Shown here piece by piece: positions 1 through 9,962 of a stretch of DNA of 64,000 bases; position 1 is the stretch's first letter; each line of letters opens with the position of its first letter. The translations under genes were made by a program, and so were the position numbers. Origin of the DNA: a virus (taxonomy: Duplodnaviria > Heunggongvirae > Uroviricota > Caudoviricetes); the IMG/VR virus record IMGVR_UViG_3300028800_000057, one strand, 5' to 3'. The notes under the pieces were generated by a model. It worked only from the letters and a program-made list of their open reading frames with translations, ran no database searches and had not been told where the DNA came from.

Positions 1-5
1 AGTGG

Positions 6-518
6 GTGAAAGCTCACGCGATGATCGGAACTAACACGAACGTGGTAACTAGCATCGAGATTACCGATGGTGACTCTGGTGACTCCCCTCAACTTGCTGG
101 ACTAGTTGATAGTACTGCTCAGCGGTTCAATATGAAAGAGGTTTCGGCCGACAAGGCCTATCTTGCACACGCCAACTTAGAGGCCATTGCAAATGTTGGT
201 GCGGTCCCGTACATCCCCTTCAAGAGCAACAGTCAGGGTCAAGGTCCAGAGCAGTGGCAGAAGCTCTGGCATCTGTTCTGGTTCCGACGCCGAGAGTTTG
301 AGCAGCACTACCACCCCCGAAGCAACATTGAGTCCAGCTTCTCGATGATCAAACGGAAGTTCGGGGGCTCGATTCGATCTAAGCTTTACCCAGCTCAGGT
401 GAATGAGATACTAGCCAAGGTTCTCTGTCACAACCTAGCAGTCTTGGTGCATGAAATGTACGAACTAGGAATCGAACCAGAGTTCTGGGGTAGGCCCGCA
501 ATGGCCGGAGTTCATTAA
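6..518 (+). mobile_element. IS4/IS5-like DDE transposase, C-terminal part (runs off window start)
   Basis: Motifs VSADKAY, YHPRSNIESSFSMIKRKFG and KVLCHNL typical of DDE_Tnp_1 transposases. Confidence 0.85.
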
Positions 519-538
519 TCGACTCTACCGGCGTATAA

Positions 539-1537
539 TTGGTATCCTGTTATGATTCAGCGAGTAGATCCGTAGTCTTGATAAGTGGTAATGCCATGTT
601 CTTCAGAATCCAAAAAACTCCAATGATCCTGCTGGTTATTCTACTGACCTGGATCTCACGGGCTCTACCGAGTCTGGCCTCGGAGATTCGGCAACCTTCA
701 TCGGTTTTGACTTCAACCACAAGGCAGCCGACAAGCAAACCGCCGACGGACGACGAGTTACAAGCACTCTTACAACACTGGAAAGAAGAGTTCGGTTCAG
801 ATCCAAAGACCTCTCAGATAACGACCTGTAGTGATTTCGCAGCACAAGAGCGAAAAGTGAACGAGCTTGGAAAGATCGTGGCTGATATAATAGGCCGTAT
901 AAAGAATGCCACTAAGGATAACCCTCAAATGGCCGAGGGGCTAAAGAGTCCTTTGCTAAAAGAGCTAGCTGATTTGCGTAAAGAGCATTCTGACTTGGTC
1001 TATAGTGGCTATCGTGGAAAGATCTACCGTGACCTCCGAGCGGTTAGTGCAAGACTCGATGCCTTGCCAGTGTTCAGTGAAGGGTACTTTTTCTACTTGA
1101 GTGACCTGCGTGATGACTCTTGGGTGCAAGCAGTCGCAATAGTTCGACAAGCTATCAAGGATTCAAGTTGCGACTCAGAGTATCTCACAAAGGCCGCTAA
1201 AGAAGTTGATGACCGTGAAGCACAGATAAACGTTCTAGTAGCCAATGAAGCTCGATGCAGGGCCAGCCATAAATGTAAGCGTGAGCGGGCTCTGGCTGAG
1301 GCGATGACTGATAGTGTTCCAAATATTTGTGGTGATCTTGAAGACATTAAGTTATCCCAACAAAGACTGATTAGTCTCCAGAGTACGCCATCTGGCAGGG
1401 CTGACAAATACAACTTAGATGCAACCAGGGAGAGGATTCAGCTCGCCTGGGCAGAAGTGGCAAAGCTCAAAGCAACCTTCGCCAAAGAGACGGGCCAACA
1501 GTTCTCTGCTCGCCTGTGTTCAAAGATTCCACACTAG
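539..1537 (+). CDS. Putative secreted/membrane-anchored helical protein (start probably ATG 596 or later)
   Basis: 332-aa ORF; hydrophobic signal-like stretch MILLVILLTWISRALPSLA; coiled-coil-rich body. Confidence 0.6.
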   Translation: MVSCYDSASRSVVLISGNAMFFRIQKTPMILLVILLTWISRALPSLASEIRQPSSVLTSTTRQPTSKPPTDDELQALLQHWKEEFGSDPKTSQITTCSDFAAQERKVNELGKIVADIIGRIKNATKDNPQMAEGLKSPLLKELADLRKEHSDLVYSGYRGKIYRDLRAVSARLDALPVFSEGYFFYLSDLRDDSWVQAVAIVRQAIKDSSCDSEYLTKAAKEVDDREAQINVLVANEARCRASHKCKRERALAEAMTDSVPNICGDLEDIKLSQQRLISLQSTPSGRADKYNLDATRERIQLAWAEVAKLKATFAKETGQQFSARLCSKIPH

Positions 1538-1579
1538 GTTTCTAAGACGCCAGATACTCGGCAACCTCCGCGGGACATC

Positions 1580-2068
1580 TTGAAGCTTATCAGGCAATCA
1601 ACAGGGCCGTTAGAAATGGATATGGCCAAAGCAAGAGCGTTGTTTGTCTGTCTGAACGATAGTTACCCGCAGCTAGTGATCAGCCTCAGAACGAAGTGCT
1701 CGGACTTGGTTGAATCTCTCGGTAAGGATCACGCTCAAATAGCTGTCGATTGTGATTCGGACGGCCTCTTGAACGCAACTTGTGGCTGGTGGCATATTGA
1801 TTGCAACGAGGCCAAGGATGTAAAGTTCATATTTGGTGTTTTTGATAAGAAGGTAGTGTCTGCTTACGAGGTCAATGTTCCGGTTGAATCGTGGCCGATC
1901 ATGCCCCACAATCCGCCAGATGACCCACAGGGTGGGCGTAAGTACGTTCCCCCGACACATATTATTAAGAGTCAATGGGGGCTGGCTACGAGATTACAAC
2001 CCCCAAAACTAGCCGGGCCAATCGGTTACGATACCGTTGAAGTGGACTCAAACGGCAATCTAACTTAG
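1580..2068 (+). CDS. Hypothetical protein
   Basis: 162-aa ORF, no recognised motif. Confidence 0.5.
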   Translation: MKLIRQSTGPLEMDMAKARALFVCLNDSYPQLVISLRTKCSDLVESLGKDHAQIAVDCDSDGLLNATCGWWHIDCNEAKDVKFIFGVFDKKVVSAYEVNVPVESWPIMPHNPPDDPQGGRKYVPPTHIIKSQWGLATRLQPPKLAGPIGYDTVEVDSNGNLT

Positions 2069-2095
2069 CAAGGACGAGAACCCAAACAACGGCCC

Positions 2096-2434
2096 CTAAT
2101 CCGTTATAGCGTAGCCGTTACACATGATGGTTATTCGGTAATCATCGTCGAATGTAGCCCTGATAAGCTTCTCCAACTTTTCTACTTCACTACAAACCTT
2201 GGCCAAGGCAGCGGCCTCAATCGGCTTTTTCGGCGGTTGAGTCTTTTGAGTCCTCATCACGTTGATCTTTTTGAGTAGCTCAGGTTGACTTTTTGTACCT
2301 GCCAGTCGCGTAGCTAGACCATTGAGAGCAGCGGCCATTTTTTCCCTGCTGGGATTAGGCTCTTCGGTCATGGCCCACAAGGTTCTGAGTTCGGCTTGTA
2401 GATCTTCGGCTGTGGCGATCCTGTTCATACCCAA
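2096..2434 (-). CDS. Hypothetical phage protein (DLQAEL...PSREKMAAAL..LA.RLA motif)
   Basis: Amphipathic N-terminal motif of a kind I associate with large-phage proteins; likely start ATG 2428. Confidence 0.65.
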   Translation of the reverse strand: MGMNRIATAEDLQAELRTLWAMTEEPNPSREKMAAALNGLATRLAGTKSQPELLKKINVMRTQKTQPPKKPIEAAALAKVCSEVEKLEKLIRATFDDDYRITIMCNGYAITD

Positions 2435-2585
2435 CCGAGGTTACAAAAGGTTTAGCGGCTATCAAACTGCGGAGCTGGCTCGAAGTGGCCTTCTTGGGCA
2501 GAAATGAGAGTTGCCCACAAAAAGGTTGGACTAGGAGCCTTCTTGGGCAAAGCCATGCGCGACCCTGATCGGAGGGTTCAAGAGG

Positions 2586-3149
2586 TTAGGTGGCTGGGGC
2601 ATTGGGTTCTTTTTGGGTTAGAATCCCCTGAATTGCACTTGGCTCAGGGAGCTTCAACAGCTCTTCCTCCACTTTTTGACGAAGGGCGGCCCCTGGTATC
2701 TTCACACGACTAAGCAATCTCCAATGGATAGTCCCAGAGTCTTCACCCGTAATGTCAACAGAGAGGTTGAACAGCCCATCCACCGCCCTAATTGTCACCC
2801 CGAGAACCACGGGTTCAACACCAGGAACTGTGAAGGTGCAATACTCATGCAATAAGTCAACTGCACCCCCTGTACTAAACCCTAAGTACGGAATACCAAC
2901 TTGAGAGGCCACTCGTTTCAGAGCCGTCTGGATTATCGGCTTTAGTTCACTAAATCGAGCCTCCGTGTAGATGGTGAATAACCTGGCTCTCAATAGTTCT
3001 TGAGCGTCTAGCATTGCTTCTTCGGCAGCCAAGATGGAGCTCAACTCCTCGTCAGTCAGTTCAACTTCATCGGTTTTGTATCCAGTTGGCTTCTCTGTTT
3101 TAACAATGTAAGCCGGGATCTCTGAATCAAAAACATATACTTTAGGCAT
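2586..3149 (-). CDS. Hypothetical protein
   Basis: 187-aa ORF tightly packed in a minus-strand run. Confidence 0.7.
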   Translation of the reverse strand: MPKVYVFDSEIPAYIVKTEKPTGYKTDEVELTDEELSSILAAEEAMLDAQELLRARLFTIYTEARFSELKPIIQTALKRVASQVGIPYLGFSTGGAVDLLHEYCTFTVPGVEPVVLGVTIRAVDGLFNLSVDITGEDSGTIHWRLLSRVKIPGAALRQKVEEELLKLPEPSAIQGILTQKEPNAPAT

Positions 3150-3167
3150 CAGGTACTAAAACCCTTC

Positions 3168-3614
3168 TCACTCATCGTTGTCACAGATATAGCAGGGCCG
3201 AATATGACCATGGAGGCAGAGGACCTGATCTTTCAAGGCATCAAGTTCAGCTTGAACGACTTGGAGCTTAGAGGGGGCCCGCTTCTTTCTATTCTCCTCG
3301 ACGTACCCTCGGCCTAGGTCCCCCTCACAGATCCATGCTGGGTTCTCTTTGACGTGCTGGGTAATCACCGTCTGCTTCGGTGACATCAGCTTGCGGCCGC
3401 AATGGTACTCGAGAAGTACGTACCCGTCGTCCTGAATCTCTAAGACAAGGACGTAGAAGATCTGCTGGAACCGCCCCTTGTACCTGTTGACATAGGCCAA
3501 CAACTCAGGAGGGAGATCCCGTACCCGTAGAGCTACGCCCTTGCGCCAAGACCGTTTCTCTGGGGTGCCGTACTCGAACCAGGACACTTCACTTACCTCT
3601 ACTTCAATACCCAC
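3168..3614 (-). CDS. Hypothetical protein with C-terminal CxxC
   Basis: 148-aa ORF, packed gene run. Confidence 0.65.
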   Translation of the reverse strand: MGIEVEVSEVSWFEYGTPEKRSWRKGVALRVRDLPPELLAYVNRYKGRFQQIFYVLVLEIQDDGYVLLEYHCGRKLMSPKQTVITQHVKENPAWICEGDLGRGYVEENRKKRAPSKLQVVQAELDALKDQVLCLHGHIRPCYICDNDE

Positions 3615-3758
3615 TTACTAAGAACTACTTGGGCTCGAATCTTCATTGATCTAACCCAAGCGGAGATTGTACTCAAGAATGGCAGCACTGTCACCAGATA
3701 GAACGGTAAATCGTGAAACGGGTTTCCGCAAAAGTGCATAATCGGTGTACACCGGTGA

Positions 3759-4031
3759 ATGGACAAGGCACAACTGAAGGTTTTAGCTCGAGTATTGGAC
3801 TTATCGGCCAGTGAGTTCAGCAATCATGGGTGCAATGACTTCAACCTGACCAAGCAAGGGCTGACTGCTGACGAGATTAAGAGCTTCAAGGAAGGATTCC
3901 TGATGTTCATGCAAGAAGATGACAAATGGTACGAGGCATCCGGGAACTCAGTCGAGGACTGGCTCGTCATGCGATACTTGGCCAAGCTAGCCAAAGACGA
4001 GCTTCAGAGTCAACCTATAAATTTACGCTGA
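3759..4031 (+). CDS. Hypothetical protein
   Basis: 90-aa ORF with GGTGTA motif 9 nt upstream of ATG. Confidence 0.7.
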   Translation: MDKAQLKVLARVLDLSASEFSNHGCNDFNLTKQGLTADEIKSFKEGFLMFMQEDDKWYEASGNSVEDWLVMRYLAKLAKDELQSQPINLR

Positions 4032-4221
4032 ACCTCGAAGGCTTCGATGACCGCTCGCATGCAGTCTACCGTGAAGTTGTCCGTGGGGATCTGCATCGAT
4101 TCACCCTTACTTATGCTGATGCACAGGTAGGGCCTCCCGTTTGCGTCACATTGAAATGACGTAGTGCCAGGGCACTTGACAGAATCTCTAATGACTTTGA
4201 GTACTTTAGGGGTTTCAGGCA

Positions 4222-5232
4222 TCACTCTTCTCCGTCATAGTCGCCTTCTTCGGTCGCCTTATTGATGATCCCGGTGAGGATGCCAGCCATATCTTGGTGG
4301 TACCTCAGCCAGTTCTTCCAGGGGCGGTCTTGACCACCCGCGTATGAAGGCTTCCATAGGTTACCCCGACCACGGTACCCGTTCACGAGATCAAACCAGA
4401 CCATCTCGGCTACGCCCGACAGGAACCCAGGTAACTCATTAAGTTGAACCGCTCCTTCGAGTGCCATGAGCCAGTGGGACCCTAACCCGAGGCCGCACTC
4501 ATCTCTAATGCATCGGGATAAGTGGTGGTCCCATCGACGAAGGGTCATAGAAGACGCACCTTGAATCAAGCTCCGAATCGAGTATAGGTCATCCCCATTG
4601 AGCATCGCCTCTGACCTATCATGGACCGTTGTGAGGGTGTCGAGGGAGATTGCCGATTCTAATACCTTCCGGCATTCGACCCAATAGTCGCACAAGAGGC
4701 TCTTCAAGCTATCTAGGGTTGTAGGGAAGTCACCACTCCAAGACTTGAAGGGGCTGACCAGTACCGACTGCCACACGTCCTCCCGGATCATGGCCACCTG
4801 AACTCGCACATTCCGTATCCCAGATGTACGAGGAAGGTCTTCTGGCTTTGAGGCCGTAGGTGCCTCCTTGACGTGCCGTTTCTCCTCTCCGTAGCACCAG
4901 TGCCCGGGAACAAGGAGGCGCTCTTCCCAAGTGGCTTCCCAGAGCTGGTCAAAGTCCATATCCCGAGTCACCGCGATGTCATGCCAATGGTTCTCCCCGA
5001 CACTCAGCTCAAACATGTCCGTATGCAGCCCTTGGACCCAAAGACGCTTGAACACGTCATCCTTGACGTCATCCAACCTTCCGTAATCGTTATAGGTTCC
5101 TTGTACTGGGAATGTTCTGGGCAAGTACTTCGACGAGTAGTCACACGTTGCCTCCCCTAGGGTTGCCCGATGGTGCTCCGACACGAGGATAGCTAGAAGT
5201 CGTTGAGAGTGCACCCGGGGTGGAGCTTCCAC
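4222..5232 (-). CDS. Hypothetical protein
   Basis: 336-aa ORF; stop overlaps start of the 4010-4225 ORF. Confidence 0.75.
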   Translation of the reverse strand: MEAPPRVHSQRLLAILVSEHHRATLGEATCDYSSKYLPRTFPVQGTYNDYGRLDDVKDDVFKRLWVQGLHTDMFELSVGENHWHDIAVTRDMDFDQLWEATWEERLLVPGHWCYGEEKRHVKEAPTASKPEDLPRTSGIRNVRVQVAMIREDVWQSVLVSPFKSWSGDFPTTLDSLKSLLCDYWVECRKVLESAISLDTLTTVHDRSEAMLNGDDLYSIRSLIQGASSMTLRRWDHHLSRCIRDECGLGLGSHWLMALEGAVQLNELPGFLSGVAEMVWFDLVNGYRGRGNLWKPSYAGGQDRPWKNWLRYHQDMAGILTGIINKATEEGDYDGEE

Positions 5233-5909
5233 TTCCTATGAGTACAGACTTGGTCGTAGTGGCGCGTAACTCAAGTGAGATGGCCCTAGCCCAGCAGAAG
5301 CTCATCCTTTGGGTTGAAGCTAGGATTGAAGTCGAGAAGGCGCTACTTGCCGAGGCTGAGGTCAAGCTTGCCAAAGCCAAGGACATGAAGCAGAGAACCA
5401 CCACCTACGCCAACCGCGTTATGGTAGCCCGAGGGAGCGTGCAGTACTACGAGAAGATCAAGTTGGCTCTGCAGGCTGGGTACTGCATTGTCCCAAACTT
5501 CCCCATCGAGCTCATTGCCATTCGTACGAAGAAGACTGAGCCTACTCTGAGGGAGCACACCAATGAGCAGAAGGCAATGATGCTTGCACCCGGCGAGGGT
5601 CGGTACGTGGACCCTATTCCGAAGATGTCCACTCGAGTCGAAACCGAAGGCGAGAAGACCAAGAGGGTTCGCCATGCGGATTACTTCCGAGAGGTTACGT
5701 TCCCGGCGAGCCTAGCTCGTATCGAGATTCTTGAGGACCTCGACCGGGCTCAAAAGCTCAAGCTATTCGATGCCATTGGGATCTTACCCAGTACTCGACG
5801 CAAGCCTGACCCCATGCTGATTGGTCAGATCTTCCACAAGCGCGGACCGTACAGTGTCAAGACTGTCTCGTTCCTGATCGCTTGGTGGATCGATACAGCT
5901 ACCCTGTGA
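5220..5909 (+). CDS. Hypothetical protein with N-terminal coiled coil
   Basis: 229-aa ORF. Confidence 0.75.
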   Translation: MELPLPMSTDLVVVARNSSEMALAQQKLILWVEARIEVEKALLAEAEVKLAKAKDMKQRTTTYANRVMVARGSVQYYEKIKLALQAGYCIVPNFPIELIAIRTKKTEPTLREHTNEQKAMMLAPGEGRYVDPIPKMSTRVETEGEKTKRVRHADYFREVTFPASLARIEILEDLDRAQKLKLFDAIGILPSTRRKPDPMLIGQIFHKRGPYSVKTVSFLIAWWIDTATL

Positions 5910-6064
5910 CGTCTTGAACCAGGAAGCATGCCCCATCGAGCCGAGAGCTATTAGATAGGACTCGAACACCATGAAGAACACGTCCTGAGACTGGTTAGAT
6001 ACCCAGACCTGACCAGGGACGGGCTTCACGCCATTTCGGAAAAACGCTTTATAGGTTCAGATCA

Positions 6065-6340
6065 TCAGTCTTCATGCCCAGTGATTACACCTGTGTCCTT
6101 AGTATTCATTGCTGGTGGTTCCAGATCGACTTCAGTGAGCTCGCCACCCTCTGATTGAAGTGTGTTCAAGTGCATCTGGAGGTAGCGTACCACTCGTTCC
6201 TTGGCGTCTTCCTTAGAGTCCCCCAGTATTCGCAGTCTGGATCCTAACCAAGAAGGTGGTGTGCAGTGAGCCACGTGGGTATGCCCAGTTGCAATGGCTT
6301 CAGGTTCTGGCAAGTCATAGGTAACGATCTGGAACTTCAT
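6065..6340 (-). CDS. HicB-like fold small protein
   Basis: MKFQIV...GDSKEDAKERV pattern; paralogous to N-terminal part of 6833-7564. Confidence 0.5.
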   Translation of the reverse strand: MKFQIVTYDLPEPEAIATGHTHVAHCTPPSWLGSRLRILGDSKEDAKERVVRYLQMHLNTLQSEGGELTEVDLEPPAMNTKDTGVITGHED

Positions 6341-6350
6341 GGTCCTTGAA

Positions 6351-6821
6351 CTACACCGGCAAAGCACTCATCGTGACCGGGTCCACGTGGTACTTTACTG
6401 GGTCATCTGCAGCAGAGATTTGCTCCTTGAGAAACCCACGCTCCTTGAGCCTTGCGATGGCCTCAGAGACCTCTGTAGTTCGTTGGGCGCGCTCTAGGTC
6501 CTCAGCTGCAAAGAAGTCTTCAATGGCCTTCTGATAGCCTTCATCTTCGAAGTCATTGTTAGGGGGCTGGGGGTGTTCTTGGTACACGTGCTTCGACTCG
6601 TACCAGTCATCAGCTAACCCACTGGCGTAGACAGGACCGATCAAAGCTTGGCCGAGTACGAATCGGTCGCTCTCGATTGGGAAGACTCCGAGGCTTTCAA
6701 CCTCGGTTGCCATTACCTCGCCTAAGACCCGACGGACGTATCCGATCTCGATATCAGGACAGCATGAGTTGGGACGATCCACTTTGCTCCAGATCAACCT
6801 CAAGGCTTCAGAAACTTGCAT
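6351..6821 (-). CDS. Hypothetical protein
   Basis: 156-aa ORF in packed run. Confidence 0.65.
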   Translation of the reverse strand: MQVSEALRLIWSKVDRPNSCCPDIEIGYVRRVLGEVMATEVESLGVFPIESDRFVLGQALIGPVYASGLADDWYESKHVYQEHPQPPNNDFEDEGYQKAIEDFFAAEDLERAQRTTEVSEAIARLKERGFLKEQISAADDPVKYHVDPVTMSALPV

Positions 6822-6832
6822 GATGCCAGCTT

Positions 6833-7564
6833 CTACACCAGATTGGCGGGTATCTCAATCCCGTCTTGGTTCTTCCAAATAGTAGTAGAACCTTGCGCAT
6901 CAATCAGTTCGGTCGCCTCAGCGGGGACCTCGTTGGGTATGATTGTGCAAGTACTGAGTAGGATATCAGTGACTTTGAAGTCCCGATCCCCTATTGCAGT
7001 GTCTGGGTTGATGACTCGATAGATTGGCCCAAACCATGAGAAGGCCCAAGTACCGTCACTGCACAAAAACCAGCTGATGTCACCGATGCAATCGCTCCCC
7101 TGCTTGATCTGCTTCATTAGTTCGAAGGCTTCTCTCGATACGCCCAGGTACTTGTTAGTGTCACAGATGACACTCCCGATGCGCGTCTGCCCCATCGGCA
7201 CCCAACCGAACTCCTTGCCTACATTATTCTCGGGTTCGATGGGCTCGATGATGATCAATCCCTTGTAGGCAACCACTCGCACCTTCAGACTGTTCAGGTC
7301 TCCAGATCGAACGGAGTCATCACTCATCGCGTGCTCGCTGGGGGTGAGCCATATATCATTGGTCACCAAGTCAGGATAGGACGCGTCCAGACGCTGTTGG
7401 ATGACCTGTTTCAGCCTCTGTTGTGCATCACGGGGAGTTGGACCGCATACCCGAAGGGGAGCGTCCTCTGTCCACGGGAATGGCCTGCAGGAAGCTACCC
7501 AAGCATCCTCGCCAGGTTGGTTCAAGTACTTGATATTACGATAGACTACAATCTGAAAATTCAT
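6833..7564 (-). CDS. Two-part protein: HicB-like N-terminal module plus unknown domain
   Basis: MNFQIVVY...GPTPRDAQQRL matches 6065-6340; second part starts near MSDDSV. Confidence 0.55.
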   Translation of the reverse strand: MNFQIVVYRNIKYLNQPGEDAWVASCRPFPWTEDAPLRVCGPTPRDAQQRLKQVIQQRLDASYPDLVTNDIWLTPSEHAMSDDSVRSGDLNSLKVRVVAYKGLIIIEPIEPENNVGKEFGWVPMGQTRIGSVICDTNKYLGVSREAFELMKQIKQGSDCIGDISWFLCSDGTWAFSWFGPIYRVINPDTAIGDRDFKVTDILLSTCTIIPNEVPAEATELIDAQGSTTIWKNQDGIEIPANLV

Positions 7565-7943
7565 GCCCAGTACCCCCGCTTTCTTCGACGACGCACTTCC
7601 AGCTTGGCCAAGCCTATACCAAGTAATGCTGCTGAAACCAAGCACCCAAAGAACAGAGCTACCTCTTTCATGTCTTTTTCTCGCCGCGGATAACTATCAG
7701 GTTGGTCGGCTTCTTGCCGTCGTCCGGTCCAGACCAGCCGGTTTCCACGTGATGAAGCATTGTAGAGAAGTCCATCATCGCTTCAGCTGCCGACTGACCG
7801 TTCTCTAAGTACACCTGAGCGATGAGGGCCATCATTCCGTTGGCCACACATACTCTGACCCTGGCCTCCAGTCTGGCCATAACGTGGCAACTGTATCATA
7901 AAACAGATCTGAGTATGTCAAAATAGGGTATACTGGGGGCTCC

Positions 7944-8264
7944 ATGCCCAATGACAAGCCTAAAGTACGAGTATACGCCAACGGGGATCTACTCTGTGAG
8001 CCTCTCGTTGACATGGTTCCCGACCCTACAAGCCAAGATGGGACAATGCTCATATTCCCTGACTTCAACCTATTTGTAAGGCCAAAGCAGATGTTCACAA
8101 CGAGGGCGGGAGGGCGCCATCACCACGAGGACCTCAAGCCTGGGTTCTATGTATGGGTCAAGTGGGGAGAGTTCATTGCGAATGGTGCCGCTTGCCTGCA
8201 TTGGAGTAGTCAAGCTGAGCGAGTCCTATTCGATGATGTTGAACCGCCCCCACTTGCCGGTTGA
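7944..8264 (+). CDS. Hypothetical protein
   Basis: 106-aa ORF. Confidence 0.6.
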   Translation: MPNDKPKVRVYANGDLLCEPLVDMVPDPTSQDGTMLIFPDFNLFVRPKQMFTTRAGGRHHHEDLKPGFYVWVKWGEFIANGAACLHWSSQAERVLFDDVEPPPLAG

Positions 8265-8498
8265 AGCCTGTCAAAGTCCACCAAGCTCAAAGGTCTCGAA
8301 CGTTCCTCTGTTTTGCTTGTGGACGCGCAAGTCTGAGGCAACCTTCTGACCAAATGAGGTGAGTTGGTATATCCGATCCAAGCCGGTTCCAACGTTGATG
8401 AGTAGCCCCGCTACTTCGCAGTCTGAAAATGGCATGAATGTCTCCCAATGCGGCCAAGGGTATCATAGCCCTTGATTAGGGGCAACAATTAGGTGTAG

Positions 8499-8834
8499 GT
8501 GGGTTCGATGGCGCTTAACGGACCCTGTCCTTACTGTGGAGTGGGGGATTATTACTACTACAGTATAATGAGCGGGATTAGTGGGTGTCACCTCTGTCAA
8601 AGAAGTGGTTCCCACGAGCACGCTGGGGTTCTACCTCCGAAAGCGTGCGGGCCACTCATCGGCTTTTGGGTGCGGCTCATACGCTGGTGTTGGCTAAAGG
8701 ACCCGCACCTTCACAAGACCTGCTCTCGATGTCATGGAAAGTGGATCTCACCGCCGGTAGGAGTCAAGGGCGAGCCTGTACTGACCAAGCCCAAGAAGAT
8801 CAAGAATCGCTACCAACGAGATCCAGTTATATGA
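8499..8834 (+). CDS. Cys-rich (Zn-finger-like) protein with C-terminal RYQRDPVI tag; likely start ATG 8508
   Basis: Three CxxC pairs; tag at stop; GGTGTA motif 10 nt before ATG 8508. Confidence 0.7.
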   Translation: MGSMALNGPCPYCGVGDYYYYSIMSGISGCHLCQRSGSHEHAGVLPPKACGPLIGFWVRLIRWCWLKDPHLHKTCSRCHGKWISPPVGVKGEPVLTKPKKIKNRYQRDPVI

Positions 8835-9165
8835 CCGGATCCCTTTCGTAACGCGACACTCTCTTGATTGATTCAGGGATAGGCGATGAAGGACGACTCG
8901 ACTCGGATAGCGCAACCCCTTCGAAGCTAAACCAATAGACCCCTCCATTCCATTGCTCAACTTTGATAGCCCAAGAAGAGCCTTGGTAGTTATTGAACAT
9001 GTGGGCTGCCACATTCAATAGGATCTGCCTGTTTGACCCGCCTTCATTCAGCACTTCATTTAGGTCGTGTGCAAACCCATTCAGGTCATCCAGGTCATGA
9101 GTGCTTGCCACACTGAAGACCTCGAAGTCATCCTCGGACTCGCGCATCACAACATTAATAGACAT
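8827..9165 (-). CDS. Hypothetical protein with C-terminal SRYERDPVI tag
   Basis: ATG 9165 abuts the HU-like gene stop; tag at stop. Confidence 0.7.
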   Translation of the reverse strand: MSINVVMRESEDDFEVFSVASTHDLDDLNGFAHDLNEVLNEGGSNRQILLNVAAHMFNNYQGSSWAIKVEQWNGGVYWFSFEGVALSESSRPSSPIPESIKRVSRYERDPVI

Positions 9166-9166
9166 C

Positions 9167-9919
9167 TTACTTGACTTTATACCACCATCGCTTGGGGCTA
9201 GAAAAGATGTCTCTCCTACCACTCAGGGTATTCGAGACTGATGACCTGCGCTGAGGTGCCAGGTTGTTTACATCAAGTCGAGTGCAGATAGTATCGAAGT
9301 CAATTGTGTCACCCCCCATAACATAGATGATGCGTTCGACAAGAGTCTGTGGCTCAGAGTTAGGTGTCCTTGGTCGTGGAGTAAACCTACCAGCCCTAGG
9401 TGGAGTTGCTTGCGGCGGCGGTGGTGGCGGGTCCAAGACAACTACAGCCTGCTCGCGTTTTTTCTTTGGTAGCTTACTTGCTAGCTCCTCCAAGCCCAAT
9501 GCCTCAAGCTCTTCAACACTTAGTTTGGATAATGCCCGCTCCTGAGCCGCCTTTTTAGCCTTTAGCGGCTCCTTCGCCTTGCGTCTCTCCAACGACTTCA
9601 GGTCTGAAATAGACCCCACTACACCCACATCAAGCTTGAACCCAACTAAGAAAGAAGCCCTAAGCTTCTTCGAGGCGGGTCGAGGAGATATAACCATCAC
9701 CTCTCCGTTCACAGGGTTCCTACCGAGCCTCTCCTCTCTTGGTGGGGTATCTACAAGACGAATCCTTAGTACATTCGGGATGTTAACCACCCCATCTCTC
9801 TTCAAGGACCGTTCAAGTACTGTCTGCTGGGCCACCAAAAACGCCCTCACCGCGGTCTTTGTTACCTGGAACTCCCCAAGTTCAGCCTTAATCTCAGTGA
9901 TGAAGTCGGCATTAATCAT
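9167..9919 (-). CDS. HU/IHF-like DNA-binding protein fused to Pro-rich linker and C-terminal winged-helix-like domain
   Basis: R.GRNP.NGE.M.I arm motif (REERLGRNPVNGEVMVISPRPASKKLRASF). Confidence 0.8.
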   Translation of the reverse strand: MINADFITEIKAELGEFQVTKTAVRAFLVAQQTVLERSLKRDGVVNIPNVLRIRLVDTPPREERLGRNPVNGEVMVISPRPASKKLRASFLVGFKLDVGVVGSISDLKSLERRKAKEPLKAKKAAQERALSKLSVEELEALGLEELASKLPKKKREQAVVVLDPPPPPPQATPPRAGRFTPRPRTPNSEPQTLVERIIYVMGGDTIDFDTICTRLDVNNLAPQRRSSVSNTLSGRRDIFSSPKRWWYKVK

Positions 9920-9925
9920 AGGTGC

Positions 9926-9962
9926 ACTTGAAAAGTATCAGAGTAGTTGATACTTTTCAAGT
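9926..9962. promoter_or_regulatory. 15-bp inverted repeat forming a symmetric TTGAAA-N17-TACTTT promoter/operator
   Basis: ACTTGAAAAGTATCA-gagtagt-TGATACTTTTCAAGT directly upstream of the HU-like gene. Confidence 0.6.

Noticed and set aside
519-540. Transposase at 6-518 as mobiliser of the 51067 mini-element
   Set aside because: Sequence after its stop (…GACTCTACC) does not resemble the CTTTGCCTCAAAAG TIR
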